A stretch of DNA of 62,950 nucleotides, filler included, from Candidatus Woesearchaeota archaeon (GTDB taxonomy: Archaea > Nanobdellota > Nanobdellia > Woesearchaeales > JACPBO01), in assembly GCA_016180285.1 (NCBI GenBank). It is 5 parts of 5 records of this genome, joined end to end, with 100 filler letters (N's around TTAATTAATTAA, not from the genome) between each part and the next. Parts side by side here need not be neighbours in the genome. Positions count along the whole stretch, not along the records: positions 1 to 25,421 come from JACPBO010000016.1; 4 more parts are not named here. One strand, written 5' to 3'. Position numbers and translations under genes: made by a program. The first letter of the stretch is position 1. Every line of letters starts with the position of its first letter. Shown here piece by piece: positions 9,216 to 19,320 of this stretch. The notes below the pieces were generated by a model. That model was not told the DNA's origin. It was given only the letters and a program-made list of their open reading frames with translations, and made no database searches.

Positions 9216-10424
9216 ATGGAAACTTTCATTCTAAAAAATGGCGTAAGGGTTGTTTTCTGCAGAAGAAAAACTGAGTCTTTGGCTATCGAAGTCGGCATTA
9301 AAGTCGGCAGCGACAATGAAAATGCAGGCAACAACGGCATATCCCATTTTCTTGAGCACATGCTTTTTGAAGGCACAAAAAAAAGGACAACCCTGCAGAT
9401 TGCAAATGAAATAGAAAGCCTTGGAGGCGAGCTGAATGCGGCAACAACGAATGAAAGGACATTTGTTTACACAAAGCTGCCAAAAAAGCACTTTGAAGTT
9501 GCTCTGGATGTTTTGTCAGACATTATTTTAAGCCCGATATTCGATGAAAAAGCCATTGAAAAGGAAAGAAAGGTGATTCTCAGCGAAATCAATTCGGTGA
9601 ATGACGAGCCTCGTTTTTACCAGTGGATTTTGTTCCAGAAAGAATTATTTAAGGGAGGCCCGGCAGCTCTTCCGACTTACGGAGCAGTTGATATTGTTAA
9701 AAAAATAAAAAGAAAAGACCTTGTTGATTATTACAAGAAGCATTATGTCGGCTCAAACACAGTCATCTCTATTGTAGGCGATCTTGAAAACGTGAAAGAA
9801 AAGGCTGAAGAATATTTCGGCTTAATTGAAAAAGGAGTTCCCGGCAGGAAAATAGAAATAAAAAATAAAAATAAAAGCTCCTCAATAACTGAAACAAAGC
9901 ACATAAGCCATTCTTACGTTGTTTTGGGGTACAAAACAGTTGACAGGAAGAGCAGGGAAAGCTATGTTTTTGACATAATAAGGGCTGTGCTGGGAAGGGG
10001 CCAGTCAGGAAAACTGTTTGATGAGATAAGGACAAAAAGAGGCTTGGCTTATGAAGTTGGCGTGCTTAATGACAATGGAATAGACCACGGATTTTTTTCT
10101 GTTTATTTCAACTGCGGGAAAGAAAACATAGATAAGATCATAAGCATAGCAGTCGGCGAATTCAAAAAACTTCAAAATCTGGAATTAAAAGAGCTCAACG
10201 AGGCAAAAACATTTCTTGAAGGCGAGTTTATTGTGGAAAACGAGGACAGCAGGCATTATGCGGATTTCCTGAACTTTGAGAAATTCGCAGATGCGCCTGA
10301 AGATTACATCGGCGAAATAAGGAAAGTTACTTTGGCTGATGTTAAAAATGCGGCAAGAAAATACCTGACAAAAGATTATGTTTTGGCGGTTGTAAAGCAG
10401 AAATATAGCAAAGAACACAAATAA
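9216..10424 (+). CDS. M16 (pitrilysin-family) zinc peptidase
   Basis: Inverted zincin HFLEH, NAAT, LFDEIRTKRGLAY. Confidence 0.93.
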   Translation: METFILKNGVRVVFCRRKTESLAIEVGIKVGSDNENAGNNGISHFLEHMLFEGTKKRTTLQIANEIESLGGELNAATTNERTFVYTKLPKKHFEVALDVLSDIILSPIFDEKAIEKERKVILSEINSVNDEPRFYQWILFQKELFKGGPAALPTYGAVDIVKKIKRKDLVDYYKKHYVGSNTVISIVGDLENVKEKAEEYFGLIEKGVPGRKIEIKNKNKSSSITETKHISHSYVVLGYKTVDRKSRESYVFDIIRAVLGRGQSGKLFDEIRTKRGLAYEVGVLNDNGIDHGFFSVYFNCGKENIDKIISIAVGEFKKLQNLELKELNEAKTFLEGEFIVENEDSRHYADFLNFEKFADAPEDYIGEIRKVTLADVKNAARKYLTKDYVLAVVKQKYSKEHK

Positions 10425-10498
10425 TTGAGCAATAGAGGGTGTTCTTTGCTTATTAATAGCGGACAACAATTCTCAATATTCTTTGTCCGCTATTATAG

Positions 10499-11458
10499 TT
10501 ATTTCCAGTTCTTCCTTATCGGAGCAATTATTGTTTCTAAATACTCTGTAACAGCATTCTTCAGGTCAAGCGGATGTATCTTTCCATCAGCATACGCATC
10601 TTCCAGAGTTTTGTAATCATCAAGCTCCAGATTTCCTCCGAACTTTGCCGGCCTTTTTATTTCAAATGTTTCTATTCTTGGGAATATTATCAGCCTTGCA
10701 ATCTGCAGAATAGGGTTTTCTTTTGCGATCTTTTCAGGGCAGTATGCCTTGCCAATTACCCTTTTTATTTCATCATAGCTGTCTGTAACAGCAATGCCTG
10801 AGCCGGGAATTGATTTTGACATCTTCTCTCCGGGGCCTTTCAAAGAAGTTATCAATGGCGTATGAACAGCAACAAAAGGATGCTTCAATATCTGCATCAT
10901 ATCCTTCCCGATCATATGCACCTTTCTCTGCTCCATCCCGCCTTCTGCAACATCTGCATTAAGATATTTTATATCAGCAACCTGCATTAAAGGATATAAT
11001 AATTGGGAGATTGTGGCATTTTCAATATCCCTTGCAATCTCCTGCATGCTTCTTAACCCTCTGTTGATTGTTGAAGCCTGTGCAAGCCTCATTACATCCA
11101 GCTGGTATTCTTTATCAAACTGAAAGCTGCTTCCAAGAACAACATCTGCATCTAACCCAATTGCCTTGATTGTTTTTTTCCAGTTTTCAACTTCTTTTTT
11201 AATCTCTTCTTCACCGCCTTTTCTGTTCAAAAATGCATGTATGTCGGCAAGCAAAACTTTGACATCAAATCCTGCCTTGCCGAAGTCAATAAGCTTTGTG
11301 ATTGTGACAAAATGGCCAAGATGCAAAGGCCCGGAAGGCTCATAGCCGCAATAAATAATGGGCTTTTTCTTTTTTTCCAAAACAAGCCTTAACTCTTCTT
11401 CTGTAACTATTTCTTCTGTGTTTCTTTTTATCAGGCTCAATCTTTCATCAGTGTCCAT
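10499..11458 (-). CDS. tyrS: Tyrosine--tRNA ligase, archaeal type
   Basis: YCGYEPSG, HLGH, YPLMQVAD, KMSKS, HPLDLK. Confidence 0.96.
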   Translation of the reverse strand: MDTDERLSLIKRNTEEIVTEEELRLVLEKKKKPIIYCGYEPSGPLHLGHFVTITKLIDFGKAGFDVKVLLADIHAFLNRKGGEEEIKKEVENWKKTIKAIGLDADVVLGSSFQFDKEYQLDVMRLAQASTINRGLRSMQEIARDIENATISQLLYPLMQVADIKYLNADVAEGGMEQRKVHMIGKDMMQILKHPFVAVHTPLITSLKGPGEKMSKSIPGSGIAVTDSYDEIKRVIGKAYCPEKIAKENPILQIARLIIFPRIETFEIKRPAKFGGNLELDDYKTLEDAYADGKIHPLDLKNAVTEYLETIIAPIRKNWK

Positions 11459-11554
11459 TTTATTTTAAATTATCAGCAATATATAAAAACCTTTCTAAAG
11501 CCACTGGACAGCTGCGCTCAAAATATTTATAAACAAAACAATAAAGATTAAACT

Positions 11555-12388
11555 ATGCTCAGTGTCAGCTCACTCTCCAGCTACATGTACTGCCCAAGGA
11601 AATTCTATCTCACAGAAGTTCTAAAGCTTGTTGAAGCTCCAAAGGATGTTCTTGTGAAAGGAACAATAAGGCATCAGGTGTATGATAACATCAACAAAAA
11701 TGAGGAAAGTTTCATAAAAGCAATCAAAAAAGATGCGAATTTCAGCATCTTAGTCAGCAATTATAAAACAGCGTATTCTAAAATCCTCAGAAACGTCATA
11801 ATAAGCAACAAAGCAATGATAAAACAGGTAAACCTAAGCATGAATTCCATTTTCAGGGAAAGCTGGCCAATGATTCTGGCCGAATCAGAGCAAAGGGCAT
11901 TAAACATCTTTTCTTTCATAAAGAAGCACAATGTTTTTGGCGAGGAATTGTGGCAGATGCTCACTCCAAAGATAATGTCCGAATTCAGAGTGGAATCAAA
12001 AAGACTCATGCTTAAAGGCATAATTGACAAGGTAGAGGACTATGCTGACGAGTTGGTCCCCTATGAGCTTAAAACAGGGAAATGCCCGAATGAAGGCATC
12101 TGGCCTGGCCACAAGGTGCAGATTGGCAGCTACATGCTTCTGCTCAGGGAATATTCAAATAAATCAGTCAAAGAGGGATTTATACGATATCTTGACAACA
12201 ATCAGCTAAGGCAGGTAACAATGAACCCTTTCCTTGAAGAGGATATACTAAAACTAAGGGACGAAGCATTTGAAATTATAAACAGCAGTCTTGCCCCGGA
12301 TTTCTGCGAAAACAGGAATAAATGCATTAAATGCAGCTTAAGAGAGCAATGTTTCAGCGTAAATACGCTTCAAAAACCAAAAATTTAA
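11555..12388 (+). CDS. cas4: Solo Cas4-family nuclease
   Basis: N-terminal CPR, GIID...ELKTG, QIGSY, and C-terminal CxxC-x5-C Fe-S ligands. Confidence 0.85.
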   Translation: MLSVSSLSSYMYCPRKFYLTEVLKLVEAPKDVLVKGTIRHQVYDNINKNEESFIKAIKKDANFSILVSNYKTAYSKILRNVIISNKAMIKQVNLSMNSIFRESWPMILAESEQRALNIFSFIKKHNVFGEELWQMLTPKIMSEFRVESKRLMLKGIIDKVEDYADELVPYELKTGKCPNEGIWPGHKVQIGSYMLLLREYSNKSVKEGFIRYLDNNQLRQVTMNPFLEEDILKLRDEAFEIINSSLAPDFCENRNKCIKCSLREQCFSVNTLQKPKI

Positions 12389-12448
12389 ATATAACTTAAT
12401 TAATCGGATAACCTACTTCATAATAATTAATATAGAAAAGGTGGAAAA

Positions 12449-12712
12449 ATGGCTGAAGATGACAAAAAATTCTCAAGACAGTTGATTGGAAAGACAGTTG
12501 TTAGCAAAACAGGCAAGCGATTTGGCGAAGTCGGCGATATTGTTTTTGAGACAAGAACAGGCGAATTGATACATCTTGTCCTTACAAACCCGACAAACTA
12601 CGCATTAAAGCTCGAATTGGAGAAAGACAAGGACAGCCATATTCTGATCCCATTCAGCGCAGTTGCCGCAATAGGCGACTTTATGGTTATTGCTGAAGAA
12701 GACATAATTTAA
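12449..12712 (+). CDS. PRC-barrel domain protein
   Basis: LIGKTVVSKTGKRFGEVGDIVF...IPFSAVAAIGDFMVI. Confidence 0.88.
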   Translation: MAEDDKKFSRQLIGKTVVSKTGKRFGEVGDIVFETRTGELIHLVLTNPTNYALKLELEKDKDSHILIPFSAVAAIGDFMVIAEEDII

Positions 12713-12768
12713 TTTATTTGAATTTCCTTCAGAAAGATTTATTAACGAACTAAAATATTATATGATGC

Positions 12769-13179
12769 ATGTATGATGCCAGTTCACTTTTAAATGAAAA
12801 TTTCTTGGCAGATATTCTACTCGAAGCAATCGTTACAGATCAAATAACTTTTGGATTGGAAGTAATGTGTTGGGCGCACTATGTGCCAACTAAAATAGAA
12901 AGTGTAATATATTCCAAAAGCGGTGAAGAGCTTCTTTACGAGATGGGTGATGAAATGCAGGCTGTTGAGTCTTATGTGGCTGGGAAAAAAGATATCTTGG
13001 CTGTAAGGAGCGTCTATATAAATATCTCTTCAATGAATCTGCTGCAAAATACAAGAATACTCGCTCATACCGGCGGCATTCCGATAATCAGAAAATCCAA
13101 AAAAAGTTTGTGGGTAAACGAGATTTATGTTTTGAATGAGAAAAAAGACATTATAAAGACATTTCTTGATGAATTTTGA
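12769..13179 (+). CDS. Hypothetical protein
   Basis: 136-aa ORF with BRE/TATA-like GAAAGATTTATTAA upstream. Confidence 0.6.
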   Translation: MYDASSLLNENFLADILLEAIVTDQITFGLEVMCWAHYVPTKIESVIYSKSGEELLYEMGDEMQAVESYVAGKKDILAVRSVYINISSMNLLQNTRILAHTGGIPIIRKSKKSLWVNEIYVLNEKKDIIKTFLDEF

Positions 13180-13249
13180 TAATATCGCAATATGATATTT
13201 GACCTCACTTTAGAAACTTATTTAAATTAACCAGATATCCTTTATTCTT

Positions 13250-14221
13250 ATGGGGGCAGAAGAAGCTAATGCAATCTGGATCGAGAAGTATCGCCCTAGG
13301 AATTTCTCTGACATGAAAGGGCAGAAAGAGATTGTTAAAAAGATCAGGGCATTTGTTGAGCAAAAAAACATGCCTCATTTATTATTCTCAGGCCCGGCAG
13401 GAGTTGGAAAGACAACATTAGCATTGATAATTGCAAGGCAGCTTTTTGGTGACGGATGGCAGAATGATTTTCTCGAGTTAAATGCAAGTGATGAGAGGGG
13501 AATTGACATTGTCAGGAACAAAGTCAAGGATTTTGCAAGGACAAAAGCCATTGGAAACGTTCCCTGGAAGATAATTTATTTGGACGAATGTGATGCCTTG
13601 ACAAAAGAGGCGCAGCAGGCATTGAGAAGAACTATGGAGAATTTTACAAGAACAACCAGATTTGTTCTCTCATGCAATTATAGCAGCAAAATTATTGATC
13701 CGATCCAGTCAAGATGCGCAATTTTCAGGTTCAAGCCATTGGAGAAGCACGATGTTGTTGAGATCATAGACATAGTTGCAAAATCTGAAAACTTAAAAAT
13801 AGACCAGAAGGCAAAAGAAGCATTGTTTGAGATAAGCGAGGGAGACTGCAGGCGGGTTGAAAATATCCTGCAAAGCTGCGCAGCCATTGAAAAAAACATA
13901 ACAGAAGAGCTTGTCTATTCAATGGCATCTGTTGCAAAGCCAAAAGAGCTTAAAGCTGCGCTGGAGCTCGCATTGCAAAATAAGTTTATAGATGCGAGAA
14001 ATGCTTTGCTGAAAATAATGCTTGATTACGGCTTAAGCGGCCTTGACATGATAAAGCAGATCCAAAAGGAGATATGGGTTCTGGAGATAGATGACAAAAG
14101 CAAAGTCCATCTGATCGACAAATGCGGGGAAATAGAGTTCAGGATGACAGAAGGCGCTGATGAATTCGTGCAGTTAGAGGCTTTATTAAGCCATTTCGTT
14201 CTTGTTGGAAACAAAGAATAA
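13250..14221 (+). CDS. rfcS: Replication factor C small subunit
   Basis: WIEKYRP, GPAGVGKT, ELNASDERG, DECD, QSRC. No intein. Confidence 0.97.
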   Translation: MGAEEANAIWIEKYRPRNFSDMKGQKEIVKKIRAFVEQKNMPHLLFSGPAGVGKTTLALIIARQLFGDGWQNDFLELNASDERGIDIVRNKVKDFARTKAIGNVPWKIIYLDECDALTKEAQQALRRTMENFTRTTRFVLSCNYSSKIIDPIQSRCAIFRFKPLEKHDVVEIIDIVAKSENLKIDQKAKEALFEISEGDCRRVENILQSCAAIEKNITEELVYSMASVAKPKELKAALELALQNKFIDARNALLKIMLDYGLSGLDMIKQIQKEIWVLEIDDKSKVHLIDKCGEIEFRMTEGADEFVQLEALLSHFVLVGNKE

Positions 14222-14249
14222 AATTAAAAAAGAATTAAAATAAAAAAAT

Positions 14250-15179
14250 TTACTGTTTCTTCAGCCTGAGCTGCTGGTGTATTAGCTCCCTGTAGTCATA
14301 ATCAAAGTCAAGCCTTAATTCTTTTGTGTAAAGATCATCTTTTGCAACAGCATTCTTTGTCCTGCATTGTATTGTTGCCTTTCCGTCAGAATCAAGCCTT
14401 GCCTCATTCAATTTTCCACCTGACTTGCAGTCCCATATGCTCGGCTCTGAAACGCTGAAAGTCAGTTCATCATACCTTGTGCTGAATCCTGTGCCTGGCT
14501 TTGTGACTTCTCCGCTGCCTTTATTCTCAATAACAATCTCCGCCATGAATTTGCCGGTGCCAATGCTTTTCTCTTCAGCTGATATTGCCTGTATCGGGGC
14601 ACCTGAAGAATATGCTGCTTTTGTTTCTTCTATATTGCATATTTCTTTGCTATTCGGATCACCCTTAAAGCAAACCTTGGGAACAGAAACCCTTGTCTTA
14701 TACCTGTAAGAAACCCTCGCATAAATATCCAGGTCCTTCGTACCTCCGCTAAGATTAATTAAATATTTTGCATCTACAGTTCCAGGAGTTAAATCCAAGG
14801 TTATTTGCCCTCCATCTTTGTTTGTATCTGAAACCTCGTCTATTGATTCATTATTTGTTACGCTCCCTCCTGCAACTATTCCTGAGAATTCAGCCAAGCT
14901 TATGCCTGTTAAGTTGGCAGAAAGCACGCCTGCTTCAACCTTCTGCTCTCCTTTATTTTTAATTGTTATCTCTATCGGGAATGCTTCACCTTCAAAAATT
15001 TCATATATCTTTGTCTGCTCGTTGTAAACGCCAAAAGGCTCAAAAGTTGCAGCTATCCCCTTTGTTCCGCCAATGTATGGGGACTGCTGAACATCTGATT
15101 TTTTGTTACTGCTCTCGCAGGCAACCAATAAAACAGCTATCAGCAACATCGAAAAAAACATCATTATTTTTTTATTCAT
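14250..15179 (-). CDS. Predicted lipoprotein, paralog 1 of surface cluster
   Basis: Lipobox LLVAC. Shares GTxG..F, NKG, YxYKT..VC, SSGAP and terminal YxY motifs with its neighbours. Confidence 0.75.
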   Translation of the reverse strand: MNKKIMMFFSMLLIAVLLVACESSNKKSDVQQSPYIGGTKGIAATFEPFGVYNEQTKIYEIFEGEAFPIEITIKNKGEQKVEAGVLSANLTGISLAEFSGIVAGGSVTNNESIDEVSDTNKDGGQITLDLTPGTVDAKYLINLSGGTKDLDIYARVSYRYKTRVSVPKVCFKGDPNSKEICNIEETKAAYSSGAPIQAISAEEKSIGTGKFMAEIVIENKGSGEVTKPGTGFSTRYDELTFSVSEPSIWDCKSGGKLNEARLDSDGKATIQCRTKNAVAKDDLYTKELRLDFDYDYRELIHQQLRLKKQ

Positions 15180-15211
15180 TTTTACCCTCCTTCAGATAAT
15201 TCAATCAAATA

Positions 15212-16174
15212 TTACTTTATATTTATAATCTTTATTGTTTTTTGTATTGTGGAAGTATATCCGTAAACCAGATTCATCTGCAGCGTTGTTGTATAGGCCG
15301 GGCCTGACGTTATTGGCTTGTTGAAAGTGCACGTTATTACGCCGTTGTTGTCTACAAGCCTTATTGGATCATCATAAGTTCCTCTTGGCGTGCATTCTGC
15401 CTGTCCTGCTCCTGGAAGCTGCACTCCAAGCGAGCCTCCATCCAGCAGCACCTTGTTTACATCACTAAAGTCAAGATTAGAAGGGCATTTATTGTTGTTA
15501 AAGGCATCAGTGGTGAAAACACGGCCTCCGCCGGAATTTCTTATGTAAATCTTGAAAATAACCTTGTCTCTTGTGACATCTTCATCTACTCTTGTTACCG
15601 CAACCGGAGCTCCCTGGCCGCCGCCTAACGAAACATCATGTATGCTGCATACCTGCGGCTCGTCCGATGTTCTATACGGCTCTGGGTCTATGCAGATAGA
15701 AGCCTCTGCTATTGTCTTATAAGTATAGCATGATGAAATAACTATTGTCGGCGAATAGGAATCGCCTTCAAAAGGAACCTTTACAGTTGCCTTGAATGTT
15801 TTTGTTGCATAGCCGCCAACCGGGTTATTCTCAGTTATTCCCTGCAGCGTAGAAGGCAAAAGATTGCCGCCATCCCATCCTTGATCCTGAAATGCATTCA
15901 CATCATAGCCGCTGATGTAAAGATAGCCCTGGAATGAGTCTGTTTCGGGGTAAGCTCCATTGTTTTTGACTTCAACTACAAAATCAACCTTGTCGCCGTC
16001 AAACATCCTGTCCGGCGGTGCATTCTTCATGAAGTTCATAACCACGCCCTGTGTTCCTGTGTGAAATTTAATCTCCTTTGGCCTGTTAGCGCTTTCCTTA
16101 CTATAACTTGAGCAGCCAGCTATAAGAACGGCTAATAAAATTATCGCAAATAAGATTTTAATCTCTTTTTTCAT
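15212..16174 (-). CDS. Predicted lipoprotein, paralog 2 (start moved to MKKEIK)
   Basis: Lipobox LIAGC; CYTYKT..SICID..C..GQGAPV..YGY. Confidence 0.75.
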   Translation of the reverse strand: MKKEIKILFAIILLAVLIAGCSSYSKESANRPKEIKFHTGTQGVVMNFMKNAPPDRMFDGDKVDFVVEVKNNGAYPETDSFQGYLYISGYDVNAFQDQGWDGGNLLPSTLQGITENNPVGGYATKTFKATVKVPFEGDSYSPTIVISSCYTYKTIAEASICIDPEPYRTSDEPQVCSIHDVSLGGGQGAPVAVTRVDEDVTRDKVIFKIYIRNSGGGRVFTTDAFNNNKCPSNLDFSDVNKVLLDGGSLGVQLPGAGQAECTPRGTYDDPIRLVDNNGVITCTFNKPITSGPAYTTTLQMNLVYGYTSTIQKTIKIINIK

Positions 16175-16234
16175 CTTTAAGCGGATAACGTCGTTTGTTT
16201 TATATATAAAACTTTCGAAATGCATATGCAAAAT

Positions 16235-17194
16235 TTATACTCTTAATTTCCTTACAATCTTTACCTCTTTCGAAATAGTTTCTGTATATCCATACTCTAA
16301 GTCAATTTCCAATCCTGTCAAAAAGCTAGCCGTATCTGTCGATATTGCTTTCTCTTCTTTTAATGTGCATATTATGAAATCTTCGCTTTCTCTCAGCGTC
16401 AATGTAGGCTGTGTTGCGTCTTTTTCCACCGGCGCGCATTCAAAATCGCCATTTTTTAAAGAATACGAAGACAATTTTACATCATCAATAATTATTCTAT
16501 TAAGAGCATCTTTCGCCAGAACAGCGCCGCAGGCATCATTGGTCTTATCAGGCAAAACAACTTCCCCTCTTCCCTGGTTTCTTACATAAATCTTGTAAGA
16601 CGGCCTTATCTTATTCTCGCCTTCAGGCAGCATTGTTTCCTCTATTCTTGTTATTGAAACCGGCGCTCCCTGGCCTGATGAAGAATAATAATCAGAAACC
16701 CTGCAAGATCGTGTTCTTTCCTTTAAATTGTAAATATCTGTGTCAATGCAGGCATCTGCCTTAAGTTTTGTTTTATACTTGTAGCAGGCAGTGGCATATA
16801 TCTGAGTTTTATGAGACTCGCTTTGCTCTTCAGGTATTTTTGCGCTTAATGTGTAAACCTCTCTTTTTTGCTCGCCATAACGGTTGTTTACAGTTCTGCC
16901 ATAAAGGCCAAGGCTGCTGCTTATTTCGCCCTGTTCAAGTTTCACATAATCCTGCTCCAAAGACATTACAAGAACTCCATCTTTTACATCCGCAGCGCCT
17001 TTATTTTCAAGATTAACTATGATTTGAAATGGCGATCCGTCATAAACTTCTCTCGGCGGGGCATTCGTAAGAAAGCTAAATCTCAGCCCTTCAACTCCCT
17101 TATAAACATCCTCAAACTTGTAATTATTGTCTGTCTGAGAAGTGCAGGCAGCTATGAAAATTGACAATGCCAGAATGATTATATATTTTTTCAT
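16235..17194 (-). CDS. Predicted lipoprotein, paralog 3
   Basis: Lipobox FIAAC; CYKYKT..ACID..C..GQGAPV..YGY. Confidence 0.75.
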   Translation of the reverse strand: MKKYIIILALSIFIAACTSQTDNNYKFEDVYKGVEGLRFSFLTNAPPREVYDGSPFQIIVNLENKGAADVKDGVLVMSLEQDYVKLEQGEISSSLGLYGRTVNNRYGEQKREVYTLSAKIPEEQSESHKTQIYATACYKYKTKLKADACIDTDIYNLKERTRSCRVSDYYSSSGQGAPVSITRIEETMLPEGENKIRPSYKIYVRNQGRGEVVLPDKTNDACGAVLAKDALNRIIIDDVKLSSYSLKNGDFECAPVEKDATQPTLTLRESEDFIICTLKEEKAISTDTASFLTGLEIDLEYGYTETISKEVKIVRKLRV

Positions 17195-19317
17195 TGTGAA
17201 ATGGATTTTTCAATATCAACAGTTATGTCTTTTTTTACAGTATAGCTGTAAGTTACATCTGCTCTGATGTATTTTGTTGAAATCGGTGTTGTTCCTAAAA
17301 GTTTGTTCCTGTCTGTTATTTTTGCAAAGCACCTTATTGAGCGGAAAGTTTCTATCGTGGCATCTTTTGAAAAGAGGGACTCTTTTTGAAGCGGTTTTGC
17401 AAGTGCATATTTATTATAACCGCCTTCATTTTTATCTAGTTTCAAATATGGGCAGTCCTTGCCTGCAGGATCTATTATCTCAAGCCCTTCAGGTATCTCC
17501 ACTGTAATGCCCTTCACATCATTGATTACGCCGCCCCACTGATTTTCTATTGTAACAGCTACTAAAATTTTTTCTTTTTCTATCTCGCTAGTTTCAGAAG
17601 GGATAGCAACTGGCGGATCTCTTGATCCGATTCCAAGCATTATCGGTCCATTTGTGTATATTGCATCGGGATTTTCTTCTATTCCATAATGCCTGAAAAC
17701 ATCAATCCCGGATTTTTGGAAATCCTCATATTTGTCTTTGTCTATGAAGTAAGTTTTCAAATAGCCCATTGTTGTGAAATCAAAGCTTGCAGAAAGCTCT
17801 ATTTTCATCGAGCCGGCTGTTGCATCAGAAACCCAACAATCAATAGATTCTTCCACAGCAGCATACATATCAACCTTTTCTGGCGACACCTTTACAGCCT
17901 TATTCTTATCATTCTTGCAGATAACAGTTATAGTTGTCGGTTTACCATTCTTCTTTTTTTCAAGGCTTTTTCCATGCAGCCTTGCATAAACACTCACAGT
18001 CTCGCCTTCATAAAACTTCGGGCTTGCAGACTTCAGTTGGTCAATATAAACTCCAAGAGGAGTATTCTGGTTCTGCTCAACAGTTCCTTGGTAATAACCG
18101 CCGGAAGCATATATCGCATATTGGTTCCAGCTTTTGGCTATATTGGCAGGTATAACTGCTATAGCACTCGCAAAATCCTTGAATGAATTAGAAACAAGGC
18201 GCCAGAAATCAGTTAATGCTCCCAATGCAGAAGGCTGCATTGCAGCTTCCACGCCAGGAATTGCATGAAAATTTGGTATGTTAGACATTGTTCCGGCTTC
18301 TATCGCAGAATACGCTGTCATTAGGAAGATAAAAAGCCAAATGATTATTGTAATATTTCTGAGCCATTTGAAAAATTTGTTGTTTGGCGGGGCAATAAAC
18401 ACAAAATAAACATAATATACGGGAAAGAACAAAAGCACTATATCTATTACTGCCTTATCAACTCCAAAATTTGAAAGGTATGGCAGATAAACAGGTATAA
18501 ATGTTGCCAGGAAGCCAAGCATTACAGATTGGAATAATGCTTCCCATGTTCTCTTTTCAAAAATAAAATAAAGGATTGTTAAAACAAGAGCAACAACTAA
18601 GACGACATAAATTGTATTTCCAAGCGCGCCCAGTGGCAGGAACATTCTTTGTATGTCCGGCATATACCTGTAAATCAAAGAATAAAACACTATGGTTAAA
18701 AACAGCCCTGCAATCCTTCCAAAATGAAACTTCAGCCTGCCAACGCCATATTCAGGCCCTTCAACATCAAAAAATTTCGGGGCAATGAGCGGCCATTCCT
18801 TTTCTTTAAAGTAGAATAAAAAGAGCACAACAGAAGCTCCAATCAAATAGATTAATACCCTCAGATTAAAAATATCCCCGTATGCGGCAAAGCCGGTAGA
18901 AGCATCAATAATATGAAATGTCATCAAGGCGAGAAAGATGATTTTTAAAAGCGTTGTATCGCCTCTTTTCTCATCTATATAATTTCGGACACTTTGCCCT
19001 TTTTCCACCACATAATTTCGAACATCTTGCGCTCTAACTGCAGCTTCTCGCATTCCGCTTTGAACCCGCTGCACAGGCGACATCATTCGCTCAGCAGCCA
19101 TCTGCTGCTCTTTAGCTGCCAATTGCGCCAGAGGCCTATTTTCAGCACCACCTTGCGCCATGCGTTTTTTTATGTCAGCTATACGCCCCCTTATTTCTTC
19201 TTTGCTCATTCCGGCATATGTTGACCCTTCAGGTAAAGGCATTTTTAATCCTCTTTTGAGAATAATTTTATCGTCTTTTTCATTTTTCTTATTCAGCAAA
19301 TAACCATAAAAATCCAA
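17191..19317 (-). CDS. Polytopic membrane protein with large beta-rich C-terminal domain (start may be 19242)
   Basis: Multiple hydrophobic segments, then a soluble domain ending YIRADVTYSY, resembling the lipoprotein C-termini. Confidence 0.7.
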   Translation of the reverse strand: MDFYGYLLNKKNEKDDKIILKRGLKMPLPEGSTYAGMSKEEIRGRIADIKKRMAQGGAENRPLAQLAAKEQQMAAERMMSPVQRVQSGMREAAVRAQDVRNYVVEKGQSVRNYIDEKRGDTTLLKIIFLALMTFHIIDASTGFAAYGDIFNLRVLIYLIGASVVLFLFYFKEKEWPLIAPKFFDVEGPEYGVGRLKFHFGRIAGLFLTIVFYSLIYRYMPDIQRMFLPLGALGNTIYVVLVVALVLTILYFIFEKRTWEALFQSVMLGFLATFIPVYLPYLSNFGVDKAVIDIVLLFFPVYYVYFVFIAPPNNKFFKWLRNITIIIWLFIFLMTAYSAIEAGTMSNIPNFHAIPGVEAAMQPSALGALTDFWRLVSNSFKDFASAIAVIPANIAKSWNQYAIYASGGYYQGTVEQNQNTPLGVYIDQLKSASPKFYEGETVSVYARLHGKSLEKKKNGKPTTITVICKNDKNKAVKVSPEKVDMYAAVEESIDCWVSDATAGSMKIELSASFDFTTMGYLKTYFIDKDKYEDFQKSGIDVFRHYGIEENPDAIYTNGPIMLGIGSRDPPVAIPSETSEIEKEKILVAVTIENQWGGVINDVKGITVEIPEGLEIIDPAGKDCPYLKLDKNEGGYNKYALAKPLQKESLFSKDATIETFRSIRCFAKITDRNKLLGTTPISTKYIRADVTYSYTVKKDITVDIEKSISQ

Positions 19318-19320
19318 AAT

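Noticed and set aside
11555..12388. CRISPR-Cas locus
   Set aside because: No repeat-spacer array or other cas genes were seen in the window.
12401..12428. Possible dif site
   Set aside because: The arms are poorly symmetric and overlap ordinary promoter/UTR sequence.
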